This document shows positions 1-8,644 of a DNA stretch of 64,000 bases, piece after piece (the stretch's first letter is position 1; every line of letters begins with the position of its first letter). The notes below the pieces were generated by a model. It was not told where the DNA came from, did no database searches, and worked only from the letters and a program-made list of their open reading frames with translations. Source of the stretch: a virus (lineage: Duplodnaviria > Caudoviricetes); the IMG/VR virus record IMGVR_UViG_3300046507_000447, positions 1,903 through 65,902 of that record; one strand, 5' to 3'. A program made the translations under genes and the position numbers.

Positions 1-2153
1 TCGCCAAGCAAATGCTGGCCCTGGTCGACTCGTTCGAGAAGTCCGCCAAGAGCGCCGACGACATCGATCGCTTCCGCCAGTCCATGGACTTGCTGGTTCG
101 CTCGACGGACAACACGACGCTGAAGGACTTCGGCCGCGACGCGCGAGATAGCGCTGACGAGCTGAAGCCTTTTGCCAAGGCCGTTGATGACGCCCAGCTC
201 GTCCTCAAAGTCTTGTTCGGCAACGCGGACGAGTCGTCTGCGGCCATGAACAAGCTCATGGGGATCTCGACTGATACCGGCAAGGAGATGGGCGACGCCG
301 CTGTCGGTGGCGACACGTTCAACACGGCGCTCGATAAGCTCGACAAGACCGTCCTGCGCCTCACGGGCTCTCTCGATCACCTGAAGGATCGCCTTCAGCT
401 CGACGCGGAATTCGAGGCGGCGGCCAAGGGCGCCAAGAACATGGGCGAGCTGAACACGGCGCTCGCGAAATACAATGAAGGCCTGAAAGCTCTCGACGGC
501 AAGGAGGCGAACCGGATCTTCGGTAACGCTTCCAACGGCGTCCAGGCAGCAGCGAACCTCATCCGTGACCGCGAGAATTTCAGCCCCTCGTCCTATTTCG
601 ACGTCAACCATGAGCGCGTGGGCTTCGGCTCCGACACTGTGACCGATATCGACGGCACGTTCCGAGAAGTCGTCAAGGGTATGACGACGACGCTTGAAGC
701 GGCCAATCGGGATCTCTACCGCCGCATCGGCGAGTTTCAAAACGGCATCGTCCAAAAGATCGGCGCGGATCGGTTCAACAGTTTTTCGGCGCAAGAACAG
801 GGCGCCCTCACGTCGATTGCCTACAACTACGGCTCGCTCCCCGACCGCATCACTGACGCGGTTAAGAATGGATCGAAGGAAGAGATCGCCACGGCTATCC
901 AGGGGCTTGGCGGCGATAACGGCGGCATCAACCGGAAGCGTCGGAACATTGAAGCTGCCGCCTTCAGCAATGACGACCAGGACGCCCAGAACAAGAAGTT
1001 CGATAAGGATCGCGAAGACGAGCAGAAGAAGGAAGCCGCCACCAAACAGCGTATCGCCGACGGCCAGACGGAGATCGAGCAGCAGACGCTCATCAACGAC
1101 GGCAAGGGTCGAGAAGCTGCGATCACCGAAGCCATTGCCAAGGCCAAAAAAGAAAACCCGGCTATCAACGCGCAAGAGATCGCGGCGATCACCGAGCAGG
1201 CGGGCAAGCTGTATGACCTGAAACAGGTCAGCAAGGATATCAAGGACGACAAGAAGGAAGCCGTCGCCGCCGAGCAACAGGTTAACGCCCTGCTCGCGCA
1301 GCAGAACGCGCTCGCGCAGCAATACAAGAACCAGATTAAGACCGGCGACACGACCGGCGCGGCGGCTACCAAGGAGCAGTTGGCCGGCATCAACGCCGAG
1401 CTGCTGAAGGCGATCGACAACGCCGAGGCGATGTGGAAGTCTATCGGCGGCCCGGTGGCGGACGCTGCGATCACGCGCCTGGAGACCGCCCGCATCAAGG
1501 CGTCCCAGCTTTCCGTCCAGGCCAAACAAAACTTTATCGATTGGGAGAAGGTCGGCAATCTGTTCGTGGACGGATTGACCAACGCCTTCGACCAGTTCGC
1601 CCAGGCCGTGGCCAACGGAGAGAACGTCGCGGAAGCCGCCCGCGACGCCTTCCTGAAGTTCGCTGCTGATTTCTTGATCGAGATCGGCAAGATGATCATC
1701 CGGCAGGCGTTGTTCAACCTCCTGCGCGGCCTGGGCGGACCTTTCGCCAACCTCGGGCTCGGGGCAGGCGCAGCAACCGCGCACACGGGCGGTCTGGTCG
1801 GTAGCTCGCGCGTCGGCTCGGGCAACCAGACACGCAACGTCAACCCGGCAATCTTCTCGGCCGCGCCTCGTTTCCACACGGGCGGGATCGTCGGCCTGCG
1901 CCCTGGTGAAGTCCCGATCATCGCCAAGCAAGGCGAGGAGGTTCTGAAGGAGAACGACCCCCGGCATATCCTCAACGGTGGCGGCGGCATGATGGCCGGC
2001 CCCGGCCCTGCGGCTGCGCCCAACATCAAGATCGTCAATTCCTTCGACGCGCCGTCGGTTGTCAGTGACGCGCTCTCGACCGTTACCGGCGAGCAAGCGG
2101 TTCTGAACGTCATCAAGAAGAACCGTGGCGCGGTTCGCGACATTACGAGGTAA
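1..2153 (+). CDS. Tape measure protein, C-terminal part, with embedded lysozyme-like domain
   Basis: Ala/Gln-rich helical sequence; C-terminal HTGG...FHTGG...GEVPIIAKQGEEVL motif typical of TMPs; internal ENFSPSSYFD...SIAYNYG...RRNIEA lysozyme-like segment; frame open from the window start. Confidence 0.9.
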   Translation, partial: AKQMLALVDSFEKSAKSADDIDRFRQSMDLLVRSTDNTTLKDFGRDARDSADELKPFAKAVDDAQLVLKVLFGNADESSAAMNKLMGISTDTGKEMGDAAVGGDTFNTALDKLDKTVLRLTGSLDHLKDRLQLDAEFEAAAKGAKNMGELNTALAKYNEGLKALDGKEANRIFGNASNGVQAAANLIRDRENFSPSSYFDVNHERVGFGSDTVTDIDGTFREVVKGMTTTLEAANRDLYRRIGEFQNGIVQKIGADRFNSFSAQEQGALTSIAYNYGSLPDRITDAVKNGSKEEIATAIQGLGGDNGGINRKRRNIEAAAFSNDDQDAQNKKFDKDREDEQKKEAATKQRIADGQTEIEQQTLINDGKGREAAITEAIAKAKKENPAINAQEIAAITEQAGKLYDLKQVSKDIKDDKKEAVAAEQQVNALLAQQNALAQQYKNQIKTGDTTGAAATKEQLAGINAELLKAIDNAEAMWKSIGGPVADAAITRLETARIKASQLSVQAKQNFIDWEKVGNLFVDGLTNAFDQFAQAVANGENVAEAARDAFLKFAADFLIEIGKMIIRQALFNLLRGLGGPFANLGLGAGAATAHTGGLVGSSRVGSGNQTRNVNPAIFSAAPRFHTGGIVGLRPGEVPIIAKQGEEVLKENDPRHILNGGGGMMAGPGPAAAPNIKIVNSFDAPSVVSDALSTVTGEQAVLNVIKKNRGAVRDITR

Positions 2154-2156
2154 CGT

Positions 2157-3392
2157 GTGACGATCTATTCGAACGTCTTCCCGACTCACGACCAGCCCTA
2201 TCGCTTGTTCCCGTTGCGCCACAACTGGAACACGCCCTTCCGCACGAACTATGAATTCAAGACGGACATCATCGTCTCGGGCAACGGCAAGGAGCAGCGC
2301 CGCGCCGTCCGGTACGAGCCGCGTGCATCGTTCGAGTTCACATGCAACTACAAGGATAATGAGAAGTACCTGTTCGATCGGTTCATGGACCAGGATCCGA
2401 AGAAGCTTTGCTGGGTCGCGGAGGAATGCAAGACGGCCTTCACCTCGATCGCGATGGACGAGGACGAGACGTCCGTCAAGTTTCGCGGCGGCCGGCCCGA
2501 GTGGATGCCGGTTAACCCGGCAGGCCTGAACGTGATCCTGCAATACGAGGGCCAGACCGAGACGCGCGTCGTCCAGGCGTGCAGCGACAACGTCATGACC
2601 TTCACCGAACACAACAAGTCGGTCTGGCCTGCGGGCACGAGGATCATGGCTGGGGCTCTCGCTCGCGTGCGTCCGGATCCGACGTCTGGCCGTCTCACCA
2701 ATCGAGCCGGCACGGTAAACGTCGCCTTCGATATGAACCCGAGCTTCGCCACCTTCACGCCGGGAGTGGGCGACCAGACGTTCCTCGGCTTCCGCGAGAT
2801 CATCCCGTGGGAAATCAATTGGGGCGCGAACCCCGAGGTCACGCACGCTTGGCCGCGCGACGATGTCGATTATGGCTACGGCATGATCCAGACATTTACG
2901 CCCATCAACTTTCCCGGAAGGATCAACAAATTCAGCTACTGGCGCAAGGGGTGGCAGAATTCCTATAACATGATCGACTTTTTCTTCCGCATGAAGGGCC
3001 GCAACCGGGAGTTCTTCGCGCCCGGATACGAGCGTGCGATCCCTTATTACGCGGCGGCGCAGGGCAACAAGTCGATCCTGATCAAGGGTCTCGATTTCGC
3101 CTACACCTACATGGGCAGCACGGTCTACCGCCGCGTCGCAATTCGGTTGAAAGACGGCTCGCTGATCCATCGGCAAGTTGACTTTATCGAGGCGCTCCCG
3201 GATACCAACACATCGGTTATCTGGCTCACGGAAGACCTCCCGGAAGTCCCGGTCGCGCCGGCCGAGACGAACGGCATCTGGTGGGTCACAGTCTCCAGGT
3301 TTGCGAGCGACATCCTCACGGTCGATTGGCTGACGGATGATATCGCGCAGATCACGTTCAACCTGCAAAACCTGGAGAACTACGACGTATGA
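2157..3392 (+). CDS. Distal tail / minor tail protein
   Basis: Directly after TMP; 'NWNTPFRTNYEFKTDIIVSGNGKEQRRAVR' typical of Chi-like distal tail proteins. Confidence 0.75.
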   Translation: MTIYSNVFPTHDQPYRLFPLRHNWNTPFRTNYEFKTDIIVSGNGKEQRRAVRYEPRASFEFTCNYKDNEKYLFDRFMDQDPKKLCWVAEECKTAFTSIAMDEDETSVKFRGGRPEWMPVNPAGLNVILQYEGQTETRVVQACSDNVMTFTEHNKSVWPAGTRIMAGALARVRPDPTSGRLTNRAGTVNVAFDMNPSFATFTPGVGDQTFLGFREIIPWEINWGANPEVTHAWPRDDVDYGYGMIQTFTPINFPGRINKFSYWRKGWQNSYNMIDFFFRMKGRNREFFAPGYERAIPYYAAAQGNKSILIKGLDFAYTYMGSTVYRRVAIRLKDGSLIHRQVDFIEALPDTNTSVIWLTEDLPEVPVAPAETNGIWWVTVSRFASDILTVDWLTDDIAQITFNLQNLENYDV

Positions 3393-4210
3393 CGTTCAAA
3401 CAGTATGAGCAGGACCAGGAACGCGGCGCGCCGATCAACATTTTCGAGTTCATTGCCGGCGACCAGACCTACAAATATTGCTCGGCCACGGGCTACTATC
3501 AGGGCGCGACGCCGATCCCGATCTCTGCGGAGTCGGTGAAGACCCAGGCGAAGTTCGAGAAGACCGAGCTGGTCATCACCCTGCCGGTAGACACGGATCT
3601 CGCGCGGCTCTTCCTGCCCTATCCGCCGCCCTATGTCGTGCGCGTCATCATGCGCCAGATGCATCTCACGGATCCCAGCCAGCAAGCGCTCGCCGTCTGG
3701 ACGGGCCGCGTGCTCACGGTCGGTCGGGAAAAGGATGAAGCCAAGCTCACATGCGACAGCACGATCCTGTCCTTCAAGCGCCCAGGCCTGCGCCGCAATT
3801 TCCAGCACGGTTGCCCGCTGCTGCTCTATGGCCAGGGCCTCGGCCAGTGCAACGTCAACCGCGAAGGCTTCAAGGTCACGACGGTCGTTGAAGACATCAA
3901 CCCCGACGGCTCGCTCCAACTCCCGGTCGGCTGGAACGGCGCCTGGGCCTCGGACAAGTTTCGCGGCGGCATGATCAAATGGGTATCGAGCGTCGGCCAG
4001 GAGACGCGCGGCGTCATCGCCACGACCGACACGACGATCAAGTTCGGCGGTCTGCTGCGCGAGATCGTAGCCGGCGACACGATCACTCTCTATCTCGGAT
4101 GCCGCCACGACCTGGACGATTGCCGGGACACGTTTGCCAACGCGGTGAACTACGGCGGCCAACCCTGGATCCCATTCAAGAACCCGATCAAGCAACATCC
4201 GTATTGGTGA
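3389..4210 (+). CDS. Tail assembly protein (DUF2163 / phage BR0599-like)
   Basis: C..LY...C and C-terminal GC.H....C...F.N..NYGG.PWIP.KNP motifs. Confidence 0.85.
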   Translation: MTFKQYEQDQERGAPINIFEFIAGDQTYKYCSATGYYQGATPIPISAESVKTQAKFEKTELVITLPVDTDLARLFLPYPPPYVVRVIMRQMHLTDPSQQALAVWTGRVLTVGREKDEAKLTCDSTILSFKRPGLRRNFQHGCPLLLYGQGLGQCNVNREGFKVTTVVEDINPDGSLQLPVGWNGAWASDKFRGGMIKWVSSVGQETRGVIATTDTTIKFGGLLREIVAGDTITLYLGCRHDLDDCRDTFANAVNYGGQPWIPFKNPIKQHPYW

Positions 4211-4213
4211 GCC

Positions 4214-4444
4214 ATGCTGTTCAACATCCTCATCGGTCTCGCGCTGCTGATCATCGGCTACTTCATCATGCCGAAACCGAAGGCCCCCAAGCCTGACGAG
4301 GTGCAGCAGTTGGAAGCGCCGACGGCTTCGGCCGGCAAACAGGCTCCCGTGATCTTCGGCGACAAGCTGTATAAAGAGGCGAACTTCAACTGGTACGGGA
4401 ACATCCAAAACGTCCGCAAGAAAAAGAAGAGCAAGAAGAAGTGA
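4214..4444 (+). CDS. Small tail assembly protein
   Basis: Hydrophobic N-terminus, PTA..G...PVIFG motif, position in the tail-tip operon. Confidence 0.75.
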   Translation: MLFNILIGLALLIIGYFIMPKPKAPKPDEVQQLEAPTASAGKQAPVIFGDKLYKEANFNWYGNIQNVRKKKKSKKK

Positions 4445-4638
4445 CCCAGCCTATCACCCTACGCGAGGCGCGCGACGCTGGTTTCTGTGTGAAAGGGCAG
4501 CGGGAGTTCCTGAATGCCTCGGGCGTGGATTGGCGAGACTATGTCCGCAATGGTATCGAGGTTGACCGCGCGCTTTCTCTCGACGGCTGGGCCGGCCCCA
4601 TAAACAAGATCCTGGCGAAGAGGGAAACCCGTGGGTAA
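4441..4638 (+). CDS. Small tail assembly protein
   Basis: C..G.R.F....G.DW..Y...GI motif; overlaps both neighbours. Confidence 0.7.
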   Translation: MTQPITLREARDAGFCVKGQREFLNASGVDWRDYVRNGIEVDRALSLDGWAGPINKILAKRETRG

Positions 4639-7126
4639 ATCTCAAAAGACCCCCTATCAGGAATACTATATCAGCTTCGACATGGCCGTCTGCCACGGCC
4701 CGATCGACCATTTGGTGCAGCTCTATTTCGAAGAGAAGCCGGTCCTACCCACGGACAATTCGGGGATCGCCGGCCCGTCCATCTGGCAGATCGATGAGCC
4801 TGATCTATTCGGCGGCAACGAGCGCGAAGGCGGTATCGTCGGCACGGCTGCATGGCGCATCGGTGACGCGACGCAAGTCCTGCCGCCCGAGCTGGCCCGC
4901 AAGATGCAGGTCTCGGCAAGCTTTGCCCCTGGCTATCGGGGGATCGCCTGCCTCGCACTCTACGGCGACGACAACAGCGACCGCGAAGGCGCAGTGGTAG
5001 CCGACAACAATCCGCGCGTGCCGTCGGTCTGGATGCGCCTGCGCCGGTACAGCGCCACGCTCGGCAACAACACGAACGTTATCCTCGCGCCGGTCCTGGA
5101 AGCCTACCTGGACTCCAACCCGGCTAACATCATCCACGAAGTGCTCACCAATCCATTCTGGGGGGCCGGGGCGAGCGCGGACGAGTTCGACGTGCCGAAG
5201 TGGCTCGCGGCGGCGCAAACGCTCTATGACGAGAAGCTCGGCCTTTCTGTCGTATGGACCCGGCAAGGCACGGTCGAGGATTTCGTCCAGGAGGTTCTCG
5301 ATCACATCAACGGCATGGTCTTCTTCGATCCCTATGCCGGCAAGGCCGTGCTGAAGCTGGTCCGCGACGACTATGACCGCGACAGCCTGCCGCTCTTCGG
5401 CCCCGACAATTGCGAGCTGACGAGCTACAAGGACTCACTCTGGGGCGAGACGGCCAACGAGGTTGTCGTCACCTGGACGGATCCGCTCGGCGAGCTATCG
5501 GGCGACGGTGCGAGCACGATCACCTATCAGGAGCCCGGTAACATCGCCATGCAGGGCGACGTCGTGTCGGTGAACCGCAACTATTACATGGTGCAGAATG
5601 CCGAGCTGGCGGCACGCCTTTGCATGCGCGAGCTTCAGACGGAGTCGGCCCCGCTGCGCAGCGTGAACCTGGAGGTCATGCGGTCGGCTTGGTTCAACCT
5701 GGACGGTTCCCCGATCCTTCCGGGCGACGTTGTCAAGTTCAAGTGGGAGCCCTACAATATCGAGCAGCTCTTCTTGCGCGTGCTCAATATCGATTGGGGG
5801 ACGGTCGATCAGTCTACTATCCAGGTAGAATTGATCGAGGATATCTTCTCGTTCCAGCTCGCCGAGTTCGCGCTTCCGGGTGGCCCCGAGTGGGAAGACC
5901 CCGGCCAGGATCCCGACAGCTCGGACTATCTCGCGATCCCCGCCAAGTTTTTCGCCGCGCCCATCTCGCTCATCCAGCAAGACTTCGGTGCGGACGCTGC
6001 GCCCTATCTCGCAGACGATAGCTACTACCCGCAGATCCTCATCGGCGTTTGCGTGACGCCGCTCCCTGGGAGCTATGACGACAAGGGGGCGCTGATCGCC
6101 GGCCAGCCCGATCTCCAGTCTTTCGAGATGTGGACCCCCGGCACGGACTTGACCGGCGCGGCCGGATGGGACGACCTCGGCGAGAAACAGCTCACGGGCA
6201 AAGGCCAGCTCAAGGTGCGGCTGGTCCAGGAGGTTATCAGCACGCTCTTCTTCGAAAACAAGATGGGCGGCGACGGCCCGCAGGTTGGCCGCTACGCGAT
6301 CATCGGAGACGGATCTGAGTACACAGATGAATGGATCCTTTTTGAAGAGAAGGTAGCCTCGAACACCTGGAGGGTTCGGCGCGGCGTGCTCGACACGGTC
6401 CCGCATATCTGGGAGGTCGGAACCTCGCTCTACTTCATCTCGGAGTCGTTCGATGCCTACGATACGGGCACCAGCCTCGCCTTCCACGACGAGCAGTATA
6501 AGCTCCAGCCGCGCACCAGCAAAGGCTTCCGCACTTTCGAAGGCGTGGTCCCGGTCACGACGAACCGACCCGATCGCCCGTACCTCCCATACCGTCCCGC
6601 GAACGTGCTCATGGCCGGCAAGATGTTCGGCCTGATCGATGAGAGCCAGTTGTTCGATCGCGAGACCTCAGCGGACGACACGAACGAGCCGCGCGAGCAT
6701 TGGGTCTTTCACATCACCTGGAGCCGGCGCAACCGCAAGCTGGAGGACAGCGTCGTCTACCGGTGGGATGATGCAGACCTCTTGCCCGAAGACGGCCAGA
6801 CGACCTCGATCCTGGTCTACGGTGGGCCAGACGCAACCGGGCCGCTGGTCGATCGCATCGACGGGATCACGGGCACGGACTACGATTTCTCGATCATCGA
6901 ACACACGGCGACGCTGACAAACCTGTCGCTGAAATTCATCTCGCAGCGCGACGGCTACGACAGCTTGCAGGGCCTTGTCCTGAACCTCGATCTCTATATC
7001 AAGGGCTTCGGTTCGGATTACGGTTGGCTCTACGGCGGCTGGCCGGCTTCGGCTCTCGCCACACACGTCGGCGCGGAGATCGAGCTGCCGGGGATCACCG
7101 TCGAAGGCGTCATTAACGAGGTTTGA
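4631..7126 (+). CDS. Tail tip / central tail hub protein
   Basis: LFGG..REGG, NPANIIHEVLTN..WG, RGVLDT, PYRPAN and GFG..YG..YGG motifs; extra C-terminal EIELPGI extension. Confidence 0.85.
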   Translation: MGKSQKTPYQEYYISFDMAVCHGPIDHLVQLYFEEKPVLPTDNSGIAGPSIWQIDEPDLFGGNEREGGIVGTAAWRIGDATQVLPPELARKMQVSASFAPGYRGIACLALYGDDNSDREGAVVADNNPRVPSVWMRLRRYSATLGNNTNVILAPVLEAYLDSNPANIIHEVLTNPFWGAGASADEFDVPKWLAAAQTLYDEKLGLSVVWTRQGTVEDFVQEVLDHINGMVFFDPYAGKAVLKLVRDDYDRDSLPLFGPDNCELTSYKDSLWGETANEVVVTWTDPLGELSGDGASTITYQEPGNIAMQGDVVSVNRNYYMVQNAELAARLCMRELQTESAPLRSVNLEVMRSAWFNLDGSPILPGDVVKFKWEPYNIEQLFLRVLNIDWGTVDQSTIQVELIEDIFSFQLAEFALPGGPEWEDPGQDPDSSDYLAIPAKFFAAPISLIQQDFGADAAPYLADDSYYPQILIGVCVTPLPGSYDDKGALIAGQPDLQSFEMWTPGTDLTGAAGWDDLGEKQLTGKGQLKVRLVQEVISTLFFENKMGGDGPQVGRYAIIGDGSEYTDEWILFEEKVASNTWRVRRGVLDTVPHIWEVGTSLYFISESFDAYDTGTSLAFHDEQYKLQPRTSKGFRTFEGVVPVTTNRPDRPYLPYRPANVLMAGKMFGLIDESQLFDRETSADDTNEPREHWVFHITWSRRNRKLEDSVVYRWDDADLLPEDGQTTSILVYGGPDATGPLVDRIDGITGTDYDFSIIEHTATLTNLSLKFISQRDGYDSLQGLVLNLDLYIKGFGSDYGWLYGGWPASALATHVGAEIELPGITVEGVINEV

Positions 7127-7127
7127 T

Positions 7128-7889
7128 ATGACAGTAGATTTGGGGCAGGCGGGAACATTTCATCTCTACCCGTCGCAGGATAACAACTACACGCGCGGGC
7201 TCAACCTGAACTGGATCGCCATGTCCATGCTCATGAGCCCGTCGGTGATCAGCAAGACGACCTCGATCCCCGGTTCGGCCGACGAGGGCGATCAATATAT
7301 CGACCCCGCGACATTGCGTGTCTTCGCCTGGAACGACGGCTTTACCGACAACGATCCCAACGGCGGTCCGCCAAACGTTTCGCCGGCCGGCTGGTATTCC
7401 CTGGCCCCGAAGCCCGGTCTCTTCATGCACGTACAGGATGAAGAGAAGGTATACATGTATACCAATGAGGGTCTCTGGATGGAGATCTGGGACATCAACG
7501 CGACGCATCATCCGGTCGCCCGCGAGCTGCCCTTCTATTCTCCAGGCGGCTTGCGTCCTGGCGCAACGATCTTCTCCTATGTCGCAGCTCTCCAACTCAC
7601 GCTTCCGGCCGGATCCGTTGCGGGCGGGGCGGCTTGCGAGGTCGCGCCGACAGGTGAAGTCGTGCTCGGCATCAACAAGAGCGGCGCGCAGGTCGGCACG
7701 ATCACCTTCGCCTCGGGCTCGACGTCGGGGGTCATCAACATCCCTGCCGAAGTCATCGTCCAGCCGGCGCTCCCCGGTGAGAACATGTATGTCCAGGCGA
7801 ACATGATGACGATCGTCTCTCCCGGCGATGTCCACGGGCTCGTCGGTCTGTCGTTAACACTGCGCGGCGAAATTCAGGCGATCGACTAA
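7128..7889 (+). CDS. Tail-associated protein (DUF2793-like N-terminus)
   Basis: 'SVISKTTSIPGS..EGDQYI...W....PKPG....VQDE..Y.Y....W' pattern. Confidence 0.6.
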   Translation: MTVDLGQAGTFHLYPSQDNNYTRGLNLNWIAMSMLMSPSVISKTTSIPGSADEGDQYIDPATLRVFAWNDGFTDNDPNGGPPNVSPAGWYSLAPKPGLFMHVQDEEKVYMYTNEGLWMEIWDINATHHPVARELPFYSPGGLRPGATIFSYVAALQLTLPAGSVAGGAACEVAPTGEVVLGINKSGAQVGTITFASGSTSGVINIPAEVIVQPALPGENMYVQANMMTIVSPGDVHGLVGLSLTLRGEIQAID

Positions 7890-8644
7890 TGGTCACACTG
7901 GCAAACCCGAAACCGGGATATCCACAATTCGCGCGGACAAACTCCTCGCGGTATCTGCGCGCCTATATGCGCGGGCTCTGGGCGAAGGGGGAACAACGCT
8001 GGGACAAAGACGTTGACCAGAATTTTTCCTGGTTCGGCTACTGGACCCCGCAGCAAGCGATCTATCGTTTGGAGCTGGACACGCAGCAGATGCCGCCGTG
8101 GTACTCGCCTTACTATGTCAAGCTGATCTGGGATCCGAAGCATTCCATTCCGCAACCTCCTGGCGACGATACGGCAGTCGATACCGTCTATGAAGCGACA
8201 CGGACCTGGGCGTCCTGGGCGGCTCCGATCGAGGGTGCGTCGGCCTACATTTTCGCCGATCGGATGATGGTCATGTATTCGGGCGGCGAGTGGAAGCCCA
8301 TAGCTCGGCTAGTCGATCGGAAGTTCAATTGCGAGATTGCGATCTGCGCGGTCGGGCTCAAGGCCAACATGAAGATGGTGTCGAAGGTCATCGACCAGCC
8401 GATCCGGATCTACGCCCAGAACAACCAGAGCCGGATGCGCGGCGGCGACTATCGCTATACCTATCCGCTCCGCAAGAACGGCGTGGATATCGGCGTTGTC
8501 TTCCAGGGCAAATTCACCTCGGGGTGCTCGGTTGAATTCGACACGGACTTCGCCAAGGGCGATGTTCTCTCGATCGACTTCCCGGCCGGGGCAACCCGAG
8601 ATCAAACCTTCGCCGTCAGCTTGCTTGGGGAGTACCTCCTTTGA
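7889..8644 (+). CDS. Tail-associated protein
   Basis: Translationally coupled to the previous gene; similar 'P.EG..AY....M..YSGGEW' segment and beta-rich C-terminus. Confidence 0.55.
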   Translation: MVTLANPKPGYPQFARTNSSRYLRAYMRGLWAKGEQRWDKDVDQNFSWFGYWTPQQAIYRLELDTQQMPPWYSPYYVKLIWDPKHSIPQPPGDDTAVDTVYEATRTWASWAAPIEGASAYIFADRMMVMYSGGEWKPIARLVDRKFNCEIAICAVGLKANMKMVSKVIDQPIRIYAQNNQSRMRGGDYRYTYPLRKNGVDIGVVFQGKFTSGCSVEFDTDFAKGDVLSIDFPAGATRDQTFAVSLLGEYLL

